Shown here one piece after another: positions 20,750-33,800 of a stretch of DNA of 64,000 nt (position 1 is its first letter; each line of letters starts with the position of its first letter). The notes under the pieces are model-generated. The model saw nothing but the letters and a program-made list of their open reading frames with translations. It was not told where the DNA came from and did no database searches. The DNA is from Diplonema japonicum (lineage: Eukaryota > Protista > Euglenozoa: Diplonemea). The translations under genes and the position numbers were made by a program. The DNA is taken from positions 62,001-126,000 of the forward strand of contig OZ025672.1 in the NCBI GenBank assembly GCA_964019335.1. The letters run 5' to 3'.

Positions 20750-21835
20750 TTAAAGCAAATCGTCGTAACACGTGAGGCGCGCATGTGCATTAGACCAGAT
20801 ACCATCACCTGAGCTCACGAGCCAAGGCGCTGTGACTGCCGACTGGATGAAATCAGTTCCAGTGACATCTTCACTGACGAGCCAACCGGGGCAATTGGGG
20901 TAGGTCGTGGAAGGGACCTTCAGCTCAGTGGATATGTCAACCGCGCGTGTGATCTTCCAGGCTGGTTTGCCCGCAAGAAGGAAACAAGAAGGGCACCAGT
21001 ACAACGTGTGCTCTCTGTCTACTGTAACGTAAGTCTTTCGGTGATTCACCACACTTCCTGAAGGCACGAATGCAATGTTCTGCAACCCTGCCACACCTTC
21101 TACCCAGAACTTCGAACAGGGAACGCTAGCGTCGCTTTTGTTATGCTTGGGATCAATCATCCTGACAAGCGAGTCAGACACCCAACCCCCTTTGCCGTCC
21201 TGCCGCCTCCAGTCTGTAATCTGATGGGGCATCCTCCCGGCATGGTGCGATGCCATCGCCCACCCAGTGTCCTTTACATAGTCGGGGCCCAGTACCCAGT
21301 TTCCGTGCGAATCTGTGAACGTAAATCTTTTTTCGCATTTTTCATCTTCGCAGCTGTGCAGACATTCCCACACCGGGAAGCCCTTCGCAAGGACGTTCAT
21401 TAGTCTGCATGCTCCTTCTAGATGCTCGAGCTGCGGTGATCGTATGTGCAGCTCCTGGGGAACGCTCGGCCCTTTTGTGGTCACCCGTACCGTCGGGTCG
21501 TTCACCCAATCCTTGTTGAGTACACGGCCCCATTCTTCGATCTCGTCGGGAGACCTTCCCTCGTTCCCTTGGATAGTGACGACCCAACCCATGTTCTTTG
21601 TGACGGCGTCTGTCGTTCCTATGAGCCACACGTCCCCGTTGCACCGTGACCCCAACGCGATCCTGCGCTCCGTCCGCACGTTAGCCACGTACCCATATGA
21701 CTTCCAAGTGAGGTGTCCCCGCACTGCAGGGTGCGCTTCGTCCAGCTCATACCGCCCAGCAGCTTCAGGTATATTTGGGGACGTCACCCACAACACTTCC
21801 GCCAGCGCCAGTAATACCATCGGCAGCAGCAACAT
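20750..21835 (-). CDS. Secreted protein made of three copies of a Trp-rich ~100-aa module
   Basis: Signal MLLLPMVLLALA from ATG 21835; repeats LWVTSP..GRYEL..W..GW..P..W..WVNDPTVRV and LHIRSP..EG..GFPVW..GNWVLG..GRMPHQITDW..WVSD. Confidence 0.8.
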   Translation of the reverse strand: MLLLPMVLLALAEVLWVTSPNIPEAAGRYELDEAHPAVRGHLTWKSYGYVANVRTERRIALGSRCNGDVWLIGTTDAVTKNMGWVVTIQGNEGRSPDEIEEWGRVLNKDWVNDPTVRVTTKGPSVPQELHIRSPQLEHLEGACRLMNVLAKGFPVWECLHSCEDEKCEKRFTFTDSHGNWVLGPDYVKDTGWAMASHHAGRMPHQITDWRRQDGKGGWVSDSLVRMIDPKHNKSDASVPCSKFWVEGVAGLQNIAFVPSGSVVNHRKTYVTVDREHTLYWCPSCFLLAGKPAWKITRAVDISTELKVPSTTYPNCPGWLVSEDVTGTDFIQSAVTAPWLVSSGDGIWSNAHARLTCYDDLL

Positions 21836-22109
21836 TGTCCAGCAGTGCAGGCCAAGGGGGGCGGGGCCCCCCTCGTTCCTGACCTTTTTTTTCCCCTCAG
21901 CTCCTCCACCTGTTATATGGGTGTTGGTCAAATAAACAAAGCTGTAAAAAAAGAAAAAAGCAAATTACTCGAGCAAAACCAATCTGCCTCAAAGGGGTTT
22001 GAGGGTCACACGGGAGTTCGTCCCAGCTTTAATGCACTCAAGAATATTATCAATAAAAAAAACAATATTGTAAGAACGTAGGGAGAAACCACCCCCCCCT
22101 GGCAGTTCC

Positions 22110-23171
22110 TTAGCCCCTTGCTCGTACATGCACCTTCCTTACGAAGCACCGCCTTGGGGGCAACGCCGGTGGGAGAGTCGTTTCGTGTTTGATACTGTAC
22201 TTCTCAGAGATGAAAACCTTGGTGGGGTCGAGCTTTTTGACAATCGAGGGTGTCGAACCGGTCTGGGTGGGCTTGGCGCACCATTTATGGCAGGCGCGAG
22301 TGTGGCATCTGTAGGAAGAGTAGTTAAGGGTGATGACAGGAAGGGTGTGATGCGGTCGGGGACAGTAGGGGGGACCCTCTGTGGGAGCCTTCACCTCGGG
22401 GGGTCTTCTCGTGCTGCTTGCACTGCTTCTCAAACCTTCGTATTCCATGACCCTGAAGGGGGTTTCAATGGAAACGGGATCGCGCAGCTGACTCAACATG
22501 TCAAGTACCTTGCCAGCGGAGGCTCGGACAAGGTCACCGGAGCAGGTCCACAAGACACAGACCTCCGTGATTGCGTAACGCAGCATAGAAATGCTGATAA
22601 TCTCACGGATGGAGGACTTGTTGTCATGGCGGTTACGGTCTTCCATAGAAAGGTCTTTGAATCGATCAAAGAGTACGATGTTGAGGATAAGCCTCACGCT
22701 TAGAAAAGGGCACAACAACTGAACAAGCGAGGCAGTGACTGCAGTGTAAAGTGCCACGGAGACGTAACCTTCGGGAATGGCGTGCACTTCACTGATCAGG
22801 AGTTCATGCATCCAGTGTTGCAGTTCGTTTTTAATCTTGCTATCCGACAGGATTAAGTCCATCTTTGTTGTCAGATCGGCTTGTGAAGGGAGGACTACCG
22901 CGCGGAGGGCGTCTTGTGCGATGCTCTCACACGCCAGCCCGCCACCTGCATTCTTCATCATCGTCACCGCAACGTTGCTTGTAAAGGCAGCAAGGCGGTA
23001 CAACGACCTCCTCCCCCACCCCATATCATCGTGCCTCGTGAGCTTCTTTATCACCTTGCTTTCCTTCACACCCTCCCAAGCCTCCATCACATCTCTGTGA
23101 TAAAACTCCCCGAACAGCTTGTCCTCCCCACAATACCGATTCCAAAGACTTGTCACATTCCTGCGCTTCAT
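22110..23171 (-). CDS. Hypothetical protein (353 aa)
   Basis: Long ORF on the cluster strand; no family recognised. Confidence 0.65.
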   Translation of the reverse strand: MKRRNVTSLWNRYCGEDKLFGEFYHRDVMEAWEGVKESKVIKKLTRHDDMGWGRRSLYRLAAFTSNVAVTMMKNAGGGLACESIAQDALRAVVLPSQADLTTKMDLILSDSKIKNELQHWMHELLISEVHAIPEGYVSVALYTAVTASLVQLLCPFLSVRLILNIVLFDRFKDLSMEDRNRHDNKSSIREIISISMLRYAITEVCVLWTCSGDLVRASAGKVLDMLSQLRDPVSIETPFRVMEYEGLRSSASSTRRPPEVKAPTEGPPYCPRPHHTLPVITLNYSSYRCHTRACHKWCAKPTQTGSTPSIVKKLDPTKVFISEKYSIKHETTLPPALPPRRCFVRKVHVRARG

Positions 23172-23327
23172 CCAAGATGTCTAGAACGTGACAGTTAAGG
23201 ATAAGGGAAAGACAGGGCAACATACGAAACAAGGGTAGGGGGGAGTCAGGCGGGGGGGGCTATACTTTTCTCTTTTTTCTCTCTCTTTTTTTTCTCACTT
23301 CTCGGGGGGAAAAAACACACCGAGTGG

Positions 23328-24009
23328 TTAGTAAAAAACCCAAATCACAAATAAGCAGAATGCCACAACAGCGGATATTATAATTTGATCCCTGTTAGTT
23401 TTTCTGTTTATCTTGTTGATCAGGTGGTGGACGACGGGGACGTTGGCGGCAAGCTCTCGGGTTCGGCTCGTGATGCGGGACTGTTCGTGTAAAGTTCCCT
23501 TTTAATTCCATTCCGTTTTCTCATACCAGAACAGTGTTGGAATGCAACAAGGCAGCATGGCTTGCATTCGCCTCCTCATAGATGTTCTGCACGCGTTTCA
23601 TCGTCTTACCGATATCGTCTGACTCTTGTTGCAACAGCTGCTGCGATGTGCTGTACTCAGCAATGCTTGTGTGTATGTCTGACATAAGCTGTTCTCTTTT
23701 CTGTTTTTTCAGCACCATTTTGTACGTCCTGTCCAGTTCTTCGCTGCTGTCCTGGTGGATTCCTTTGAAGCGCTCCACCTGCAACCGCTCTCCATGGCTC
23801 AAGCCCTCTAGATCTATTCCGTTATTCGCCTTTTCTAACGTCTCTAAGAAATTGCTGATCTGATTTTTCAGCGTGTCTACCTCGTTCTCTGTACTCTGCC
23901 CAGCCATCTCTGCCAACACGACTAATTCCTGTTCCACAACATTCACCAAACCCCTTGCTTCGGACGTATACGAGTCCCATGACTGGCCTACCTCGACGCT
24001 GTAGGACAT
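23328..24009 (-). CDS. GOS1: Golgi Qb-SNARE GOS1/GS28-like, 2 exons
   Basis: W....EAR.L N-terminus, REQLM, LLQQES. The 46-nt intron 23481-23526 restores ANVPVVHHLINKINRKTNRDQIIISAVVAFCLFVIWVFY*, the typical GOS1 C-terminal TM region. Confidence 0.85.
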
Positions 24010-24200
24010 TCTCTTCTTTTTCTTTTTTTCCCCCTTTCTGAGAAGGTAAGCATTGAAAGAAAAAGGATGTCAAGAAAAGAAGAAGAAAACAACAGAACTT
24101 TCTTTTCCCGTTCCCCCCCCATTTTTGTGAAAAAACAAAAGAGAATGTGCCCCTTTAGAAAAAGGGACGAAAAGAGGGGGAGGGGACAACCCCGTTTCTG

Positions 24201-25920
24201 TCAGAACACAGATATGGTAAATATGTTACCAGCTGTGTCGCCCACGTAAAGTTTCTCTGAGCCATCGGAACAAGGAGTAATCGTGTAGAAGGGAAATCGG
24301 TTGGGGAAGGAGAAGAGTTGAACCCCCGAGATGTCGAAGAACGACACGACTGCGGGTGAGGTGGTGGCCATGATCAGGTGCTCAAAGGAAGAAGGAAGGA
24401 AGGAAGCCGACAGGAAGGTCAGCTTATTCGCGTTTGACGAACATGATGCATGCGGTGGGCTGCTGACGATCCCTCCCGAGACGAGCCCGAGGTCATCGAT
24501 GCTCACCGATCCAACAGCCTCCTCTTCAATGACCATGTTTTCAGTCTTCCACACTTTAATGTACTTCTCACAAAGCGATATCAAATTGGAGCCTGTGCTG
24601 TTAAACTGCAGTATCCACACAACGGTGTCATGCCCTCCGAGTTTCATCAGACCCTTCATGCTTTTTACATGTATTATTTCCACTGCCATCTCTCGCGTCC
24701 GTGTTACAGCTGCCATCTGCTTCATGGTCGCTAGAGTGATGACCACACCCTTCCCACTTTGCTGAGGAGGGGTCGTCTGTTCGGGGGTGGGGGGGTGGTG
24801 GTTGTCTTCTCCCTTTTCTTGTATTCTTTGCCCATCATACATGCATTAAACCTTTTCCCACGTCGTACCGCCGCACCATCGAATCGTAGCTTCCAGTTAG
24901 GATCTGTTTTTGTTTTTTTTTTGTTTTTTTTTTGTTTTTCTGAACACCTGGTTGTTTTCGGTGAAAACACAACACGTCACGACGCCAGGATGTCGGAATT
25001 GCTTAACGAGATGCCCGCACTGTGGTGGGGGAAAGGGAGGAGTAAGACAAAAAAAAGAGGAGAGACAAAACAAGACAAAAAAAAAAGAAAGAAAGAAAAC
25101 GACACACCGTGCAGTCCCATAAAATCAGAGTATTATCGCGGGAGGCGGTGGCCACAAATCGCTTGTCGGGAGAGATGCTCAAATCGAAGATAGCGGAGCA
25201 ATGTCCGCTGAAGGTTCTGTAAGTTTCGCCTGTTTCACTAGAGAGGAGCATGGCTGTGCAAGCATCTTTCACGCAGACTGCGAGACAGGGGAGAGGTGGG
25301 GAGGCACTTATACACTTAATGCGCCGAGAGAGACTCACTAAGGGCTCGATGGTGTACCCCCGAAGACGACGAGTTCCAGGGTCCCACTTCCGTCGTCGTT
25401 TGTCAAGAACCTCCGTGATGCTATCCCTGCTTGAGCAGCGGAACATGGCGAGGGACCGCAGGCCTCGGAAAGTCTCGATGAATCGCAGGCGAGTGACGCT
25501 GAACTCATTCTCGTTATCGATCCAGCCACCCACCTTTGGCATCTTGAAGATCGCCTTCAGACCCTTCGGAGAGTGCGCCCACCCAATCCTGTGGAACCCC
25601 CGCTGCAGCTGCTGCAGCGACAACCTCTCTTTGTGATCTTCATCCATCATGTCATACAAATGCCCGACAATCACATCCCGCTCGGTCCCCTCGCTCTCTT
25701 CCTTTGACACGATGTCCGCAAGCTGTATCGAGAACTCCTGCATCTTCTTTGTACGCTGCTTTGTTTGAAGAAGTCCCGCCTTATCGAACTCCGACACCCC
25801 CAGAGACCCCACCGTCTTCAACCCCTCAATCTGCTCGAGGCTCCTGTCTAGCGGATGAACCGACGAGGACCTCCCCTGCTGCTGCGGGCCCGTCGGCTCT
25901 CGAGACACACCGCAACCCAT
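24201..25920 (-). CDS. N-acylated (MGCGVS) EF-hand plus WD40-repeat protein, 4 exons
   Basis: Phase-0 introns 25020-25107, 24904-24947 and 24777-24840 join two ORFs via 72- and 63-nt exons, giving continuous WD40 repeats (ATASRDNTLILWDCT-CGHLVKQFRHPGVVTCCVF..ILTGSYDSMVRRYDV). Confidence 0.85.
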
Positions 25921-26059
25921 CCCATGTTCGTATCATGTGGGCCTGTGTGGGCTGTGACAGTGATAAAGCTGAAAGGTCGCATGGGCTATAAATATATAAT
26001 CTAATTGTTAATCTATAAAACAAGAGGGGGGTTCTAGGTACATCAAATAACAATTGAGC

Positions 26060-27100
26060 TCAAGGGTATTGGCAGATAGCGGTCACGGAAGGAATAGGTT
26101 TAGGAGGGCCGCGCTCCTTGCTGACGACAGTGGAGTACTTTTGGAGAAGGGACTGCGCCTTGGCCATTACATCACGCTCGAATTGCAGGGTGGCCTCGTG
26201 CTCGGCACGCTCGATGCCGTACTCGCGGCGGTACTCGGCAGTGACAGCACTGGCAAGGTACGACTGCGGGGCGGGCTCTGGCTCAGTTTGTGCCGAGGTT
26301 GTGACGCTGGGCGACCGTTTAGGCGGGGTCAAGCCTTCGAGCCTTCGCTCGGCTTCGTCCGCACGCTGCTTGTACTGCCGGACAAGGTCGTCTGCCTTGC
26401 CCATCACAGCCGCTTCGAATGTTGCGTTCTTCTTTTCAAGCGAGTCCTTCATATGGATGCACACCATCGCAACACGTTGCCTCTCCTCTTCAAGGTCGTC
26501 CCTTGCGAGGGAACACTCGCGTTTTATCTTACACAACTCAGGGGATGTGGAAGGGTCGCTTGAAGCAGAGATGATGTCGTCGCGGACTTCGCGTGTCATC
26601 CTTGTGACGGTCTGCTCGTGCGTCTCTTGCAGAGCGTCCAGTTCGGACTTGTGAGCAGAGAGGATACCCCCGAAGGTTTGCTTTACGGCCTTAGTGATGT
26701 TGGAGTGGAGTGCCTCAGGGTTCAACGGGTCCGTCTGGTCTTGTAAGTTGAGCAAAACATCTAGGAGGCTGTCAGCAAGATCTGTGTACTTCCCCTCGTC
26801 CACATCATGCGCCGTAGGGTCATGCTGAGTGGCGCGCTGCAGCACTGCAAGCCTCTCCTGTGCTTTCCTTGTTTCGAGTCGGTACTTTTCGATCTCTTCT
26901 TCCGTCCGCAGCCGATACGTATTCATCTTCTCCTCTACCTTCTGCAACATCTGCCCCTGCATTCTTTCATGGCTCATCTGCAGCTCTTCCAGTGCTCTGC
27001 GAAGTTCCCTATTTTCTTCCCTTAAGTCGAACTCGGCGCCTTCCCACTCTTCTTGCCGCTCCTCGGAGTACATGCTCGGCCTTCTACTCGTGCTCTGCAT
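26060..27100 (-). CDS. Coiled-coil protein (346 aa)
   Basis: E/K/R/L-rich heptad-like ORF. Confidence 0.75.
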   Translation of the reverse strand: MQSTSRRPSMYSEERQEEWEGAEFDLREENRELRRALEELQMSHERMQGQMLQKVEEKMNTYRLRTEEEIEKYRLETRKAQERLAVLQRATQHDPTAHDVDEGKYTDLADSLLDVLLNLQDQTDPLNPEALHSNITKAVKQTFGGILSAHKSELDALQETHEQTVTRMTREVRDDIISASSDPSTSPELCKIKRECSLARDDLEEERQRVAMVCIHMKDSLEKKNATFEAAVMGKADDLVRQYKQRADEAERRLEGLTPPKRSPSVTTSAQTEPEPAPQSYLASAVTAEYRREYGIERAEHEATLQFERDVMAKAQSLLQKYSTVVSKERGPPKPIPSVTAICQYP

Positions 27101-27823
27101 AACTTTCTAGCTTTCTTTTCAATGTGGTACGACCTGTGTGGTCATAGGTGGCAGAATAGAAAAGCAAGAAATACCCGAAACCAAAAAAAAAATATGAAAA
27201 TTGGTCATCATAAGTTAATGGGGGAGGGGAGCAGCAATTTGCTGGAGTTCATTCTTCTTTCTTTTTTCTTTTGGACTTATTCCTTCGGGAATGGAAGAAG
27301 AGATGACAATGAGCCTCACGACAAATACCAAAGAATAAAAGCCGTGGGCAATCAGCGGGGAAAAAAAACGATAACCTTCCATTGTGCAGGTTCACTGTGG
27401 AAAAAAGATTTAAGCTCTCTGCAATAATATTCTCAGTTTTCTTTACCTAATTCATCTTTTTCGCGAGGGGGAGGAGGTGTGGAAAAGAAAGAAAAAAAAC
27501 AAAAAAAAAAGTAACGTTGGTGAGAAAGAAAGGAAAAAAAAGAAATTCAAATTAACATGCAAGCTCTCTGAGACGAAAGCCGTATGCCCTAAAAAGGGAA
27601 GGGGTATGGTCAGTACTAGGTATCTCTCAGTTTTGGACATATCTCGCGACTCCTCCAAGTGCTGTCCTTCAGGCGAGAGGCACCCTTCAATGGCTCCTAC
27701 TACTTTTCCCGACCAAAAAAGAAAAAAAAAAACACTAACCAGTGATGGTGGAGAAAGCGTTTGTGTCTTTCTACCATGATCATCAGCACAGAAAAGAAAG
27801 ATAGAAAAGATAAAAATACATTC

Positions 27824-30800
27824 CTACTGCTTCATTGCCAACTTGTTGATAAGCTCATAGGTGGCGACAGCGTGGCGGAGTTGGAGGATCTCAGGGAAGT
27901 GCTTATCGAACCACTCTGAGCCACCCACATCCATGTCCTGGTAGCTGATGTAATCCTTGAGGGACTCCGTTTCAGGGAAGTTCACGTCCGGTCCAGAGAG
28001 GGGTCCCACGATGAGCTCGCGAAGAGCACCTGCGAGGTGTGAGTACTTAAGGTGCCCTGAGCTCCTCCTGATCTCCATTTCTTCTTCTTCGTCCAGATTC
28101 GAGGTGTACTTCCTGTTTACTCTGTGGAAGGCACCACCGCCCGACATCAAGCTCTCTGCCAGCAGAAACATCGCCTTCAAATGTGCTACCTTCCCATACT
28201 TCACGACTGCCGGTGTGACCTTCGCAGCGATCTCCTCCTCGTTGAGCCCCATGACATCTTTGAAGAACCCTGTGAGCGCGGTGTCCGCCTTCAGCACGTT
28301 GCCCACCGCCGCCACAAAGTGGATTGCATCGCCAACTAACCTCAGCAGCATCGATAGCTGCTGCTGCGTGTTCAGCTCCTTCGTTATCGATTCCTCCACC
28401 GCTGTCGGTAGGGTTGCTACCTGGTCCAGGTTCGCCAATGCAGCAAGCCCACCACGCTGCCGTACCTCACCGTGGTACTCAAAGTGCGCCACTTGCAATT
28501 GTAGAGGCATCTTCCCTGTAAACACCGTTGTCATGAGTTCGTTCTCAATGCCTTCCATGTCGTACCCCAGGTACCCATCGTCGAAGTCGACCTTGTACTT
28601 GTACAGCAGCGGGATCAGGTCACGTTTTGTGTCGTACTCAATGAGTAGCCTTCGCGACACTTCAGGGGGCGTCTCGTAGCTGAGCGTCGGGATGGCGACT
28701 TCGCCTTGTTCAGGGAGAACGTCCTTTAGCTGCTCGACGACTTGGTTGTGCGTCCTGTGGAGAAGGCCTGCCAGCTGGATGGTGCACAGCCCAGGTGCAT
28801 CAACCTCGCCAGGCACCATAGAAGGGAGCGAGAACGAGATGGGTGACTGCGGCGACAGCAGCACGCGCTCACCCTCAGCGTGTCCTTGGAGATTCACATT
28901 ACCCTTACTATCGAGGAATGGGTTGGCTTGACACTCGTGCAGGTTTGGCAGGAGGGGCATAGCCTCATTGAACACGTTGCAGTACCCTTGAAGTGCCTTT
29001 GCGGCCTTCTTCCTGTCGGTCGCGTTTACCCTAGCAAGGACTGCTGAGGCAGGGATCTCATGTGCCTGCAACCTTGAGAGATCGTCGCCTTCCAGTACCT
29101 TGAATATGATCTGCTGCCACTCGAGAATATCGGCAAGGTACCTGATGATGCACAGTTTTTGCTCGTTTTCGCAGACGGCCGCCAGGAGGGGGTGCTTTGT
29201 GGCGTTAATGCTGTTGGACTCAAAGAAGTTCTTAAAGTGCGCGACAGTGACCATGGGGCGCGTTTTCCACAGCCCCTTGCTGCAGAAGATAGCGTCCACG
29301 GACGAATCGTTGAACACCTTGCGGATGATTTCCTCCCTGCCTCCCTTCCCAACGATGCCGTAGGCAGACTCCAAAATGGGCTTTGGGCTTTGGAAGAGGG
29401 GCGCAACAACGTCCTCAGCGGCCTTCTCGAACTTGATCATCGAAGTGACATTGGAGAATGGTGCCGTTAGACCTTGTAAGAGGAGACCAACACGGTCGAT
29501 TGCCACATGTGCTAGCAGAAGCATGTCACTTGCATTCATCCTGGGAGCTGCTCCTCTCAAGCCATCGTAACTGCTCAACAGTCTTGCAGCTAGATATTTA
29601 GGTGTGATCTTTTCATGCAATTCCGCAGGTTTAGCATCCCCCATCCTCCCGACAACGAGAGCTGAGTAAAACATCACCCTCAACACGCAGCACGTGATTC
29701 GCGACAAGTTGGTACCAGGTCTCATCACCTCGATAGCTGAATCAGGGACGTACCCAGGCTCGCTCTTCATCTTGCTGAGGTTTTTCTTCACATCTTGGAA
29801 ACCACCCAAACGGACGTTGCCTGATACAGAAACGTGGTTTGTACCCCCAATCCTGGCCCTGCAGCCAGGGTGGCTGCACACACCGATCTGCATGGGACCG
29901 CCACACTCACCGATGCTGTACAAATGACCTTGTGGGCATCTGTACCAAGTCACGTATTCATTCAAGCCCTGCATCACTGCCGTGATCTCAGTGCTGATCG
30001 GCATGGAAGGCAGGAACGTCGTTTTAAGCAGACGAGGGTGAGTAGCCGCAAGGTTTAGGAAGGTACCCTTCACCTTTTGAGACAACAATGCCACTTGGCA
30101 GACCAGCGGGTAAACTGAGTTTAGCTGCATCGGGAGTGCTTTTGGAGGCCAGCAGAACGGCCTAATTTCAACACCCTCGGTTCCCCATCCCCTCCCTGTT
30201 GGTCCCCATCCTCCATACGTCAAGAGTGAGGCAAGGGGAGACTCGCCCATCTCTGCCAACCAGGCGCCAACGACCTCACGCCCTGAGAAGTCCTTCCTTA
30301 AAGCGCCTTCAATCATTGTCTCACACAGCACGGCCATCTTCACGTCATGGAGGATGGCAGTATCGTTGAACATGTCCCCCGCCCTTTTCTTGGCCGGTGC
30401 ACCGCCTTTCAGTGCTGTGTTCACCGCCGCCTTTAGGGTGACAAACTGGTCTCGTGAGCTGCACACCAGCGGCATGATCATCGGTAGCTGCACGTCACCG
30501 CTGCAGTTCTCTGCGTAGACTCGGTCGAACTTCACGAACCAGTTGTAGTTCCTCCCGATTTGAAGAAACTCAGTTACACCGCTGAAGCCGCTTTCCTTTG
30601 CCAGTAGACTCAGGACAAACAAACCACACTCACGGATCTCGAGCAGCTTTCTGCTCGTGAGAGAAAGCTTAGGTGAGTGTTTTGGGAGAGGCCGCTTCAC
30701 ACCCTCTTCGACGACGATGGCCGCCTGCTCAGTACATACATCATGCAAAATAATAGAAAACCTGCGCAGTTCGTTTCTTGCTGTGGCAAGAGACAGTAGG

Positions 30801-33800
30801 TAGTCATGCGACAGTGTCTTTGGCTCCCTCAGATGCTCCAAGTCGGCGTCAGTGACCTCGCTGTCCACATCACCAATGTCCTCCAGGTAGCCCAAGATGA
30901 GCACAGCCAGAGACTCCGAGTATTTAGGTCCCATTGGCATTGTCTCGGCCTGCTTCATCGTCTGCTTCAAACCGTCATGAGCCACCAGTGTGTGAAACAG
31001 ACCTCGTCTGATTGGTTCGAGAGCAGGTCCCGAACCCGAGTACAACTTCGGACGCAGGCCACACGCAAGCCTCAAAATGTCTTCATGTACAGCATCCCCT
31101 GCCGGGAGGGCATAGTCGCGCAGGAAAGTCACCAAGAACGCATCTTTCACATTGTTCTCTGGCTTCACAGGTGCACCAACGATCAGCTTCTCCAGCTCGG
31201 CCACCTTATGTTCCAACTTGAACAGGGCAGGGACGTAATAATCCAGCACAGGCACGAGAAGTGGGCTCTGCAACACAACCAGCTTGATGAAATCCGCGAC
31301 CAGTGGCCAGTTCCCAATGTCGCCACCCAGAGCTCGGCAGTCAAGAACAAGAGACGGGTATATTCTGTGCGACCAGTCTGCCAGCTTCTTGAGCCTGCAC
31401 ATGCTATTGATGTATACTTCCATTACTTTGAGGGTTTCACGCACAGTGACTGTCTGCTGCTCATCATGGGGTGTCTTGTCAATGATGTCGATGATTTTGT
31501 CTTGTGCATCAGGCTTCACTGACGACAGCAGCGAGGACATGTGGAAGAGCCTATGTTCGTTGACCCACAATGCAGCGTGTAGGGCAAGGGGATTTGAGAG
31601 CACTGCTGGGTTCGTTGCCTTCAAGACAGCTGTATGTAAAGCCAAGACCTGCGTCCATTCTAGTCCCTGGAACTGACGAGCCGACGAAGTTACCAAGTCT
31701 GCCAGGTACTTCGTGTGGGACCCACCTGCCCACTCGTTCCACTGCGAGACGAGTGTTGGGCCGTGCAGCTGTTCCGCCATACCAGCAAGGCCTTCATAAT
31801 TAATCGACGACTGCTTCATGATCGGCTCACGAGCCTTCTCGTGCATCTGGATTAGACGGTAACTGAACGGAAACTGCGCCTTCAGCACCCTCACAGTACC
31901 GGTGTTCTTTGTTTCGTCCGCTTTCGGCATCCCATCGACGGGCGCCATGTCCACGATGACCTCCTCACTAAGCACAGTCCGCGCAAGCTCATACCACAAG
32001 GTCTCACTCTCTGCGTTCAATGTGAACAAGTTAAAGTCTACGTTAATAACCCTCAGAATGTGTGCAGTGATCTGAATGAGTAAGTACTCTACAACGTGGT
32101 TCACAGACGCACGAAGCGACCCAGAAGACAGCTCGCCAACTGCCAGGTCCACATGATGCTGCAGCCCGGTGGCGCCTACGGTGCACTTATCCTTCAGGAT
32201 CTTCTTAATGAGACCAAGCACCAACTCCAAGAACTCCTTCCTCTCAAATAGCTTGCGCACAAAACGCGTTCTCTCGACGAAGGGGATGACGTGTCCCGTG
32301 CTGGGTTCCTGCAGCAAGGACAGTGTTGTGTTCAATTTGCCAAGCACGGTGGCAGAAATGTCTAGCTCCTCTTTCTCGACGAGATCGATGAGGGAGTAGT
32401 ACAGCATATTCGCACTCGATTCGTCGGCTTCACTCACGTCATCAATGAAATAGGTGCTCCAGTTCTTACTGTAGTCGATGGTGAAATGCCTGGTGCATTT
32501 CTTGGCACCGGGCGGCGTGTGTATCAAAAACAGCACACGCTTCTGCTCGGTATCATTTCGCTTTTTGCACCATTTGACGTAATAGCTCTCGGCCACACGT
32601 TTCGCGTGGTCGATTGTGTTCTGCGGTGTAGTCATAGGGTCGCATTGCATTATGAGCATATTGTTTTCTCCATCGAAGAACTTGTCAAGCAACGACGTCA
32701 GCCGGTGCTCGCTGCCAATGTCTGAGAGCCTCAGCAACCTCCCTTCGACTGTTCCCTCACGGACCTGCTCCAAGGGACTGTATGTCACGAGCGTGAGTAG
32801 GTCACAACCTTCCACAGACTTGAGAAGCGTATTCAGTCCGCTACGCTCTTTGATGTATTCGGGATGTATCTCACGCAGTGTGCTCGATTGCATCATGGCA
32901 ATCGGCATGGCAATGTGCACGAGGCGCTTCTGCAGCTGTTCCAGGCTCTCCTCGGGGAAGCTGAACACCAGCGAAGGGAGCGTACTCTTAATGAACCCGT
33001 AGAACACGTTGCTGGGGTTTTCCAAAGTGGTTTCTTTGCACAATGCCAATGCCCACTCCTTGAGGAGCACATATTTCTGCCTTTGCGCATCATTCAGACA
33101 GTCATCGAAGTTTAGCACCTGCTTCTCAAATCTATTCAACAGGGGCAAGTCAAGGTTGTCATAAGCGTGCTGCTGCTCGGCAACGACGATGATGCGGAAG
33201 CCCCGCTTCACGGGGCACAGCTGGCTCCTAGACCCGATCGCAAGGCGGAGCATGCGTTTTTCTCTGCCAGTTTCGAGCACCGTCCTCACTACGTACCTCT
33301 GGTTCAGCACATCGTAGAGGGACTCGTAGATGCTGTCGTGGTTATGGAGCAGAACAACCTTCCCGCTTGCCATGGCGGCCTTCACCTTGTTCACCTGCTG
33401 GATGAGGTGCAGGTCGTGGCCGTCGTCTTCGAAGGTGCTGCCCACAAGGACTTCAGTGTTCTCATAGTCAATGAGTCCCATAGAAAACAGCAGAGGAAGA
33501 GCAGCGCCGTTCTCCGTCAGTACCATCAAGTGACGCGCATCGGTGTCATTCAAGTTCGCAGATATGAGGCGCGATGGCGACGGGATGAACGAATCCAGAG
33601 CACTTTCTTCTTTGAAGCACTTGGCTCCGAACGAAGAGCATACATTCTGCACAATGGTGGGACTTCCCCCGAAGTTTCGCAGCAGCGCGTATGTCATGAG
33701 CTGTCTGGAGATGGGACCCTCTTTGCCACCGGGCTCCCTCATGTGCAGGAGATCGCCGATTAAGTCCGTGTCACGGTCGACAAAGTCCATCATTTCCGGC

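Noticed and set aside
20750-20770. C-terminal YDDLL as an ER-retention signal
   Set aside because: The last four residues DDLL do not match xDEL/xDDL.
19823-20812. K- or F-rich short ORFs (also near 27053-27779, 46297-46613, 59934-60582, 61567-62073)
   Set aside because: Translations of poly-A/T tracts.
27565-27632. Hairpin containing CTGAGAC-GAAA, hammerhead-like; CTGAGACGAA also occurs at ~20178-20187 on the minus strand
   Set aside because: No CUGANGA core, no stem II, and the stem III closure mismatches. A 10-nt match alone is not persuasive.
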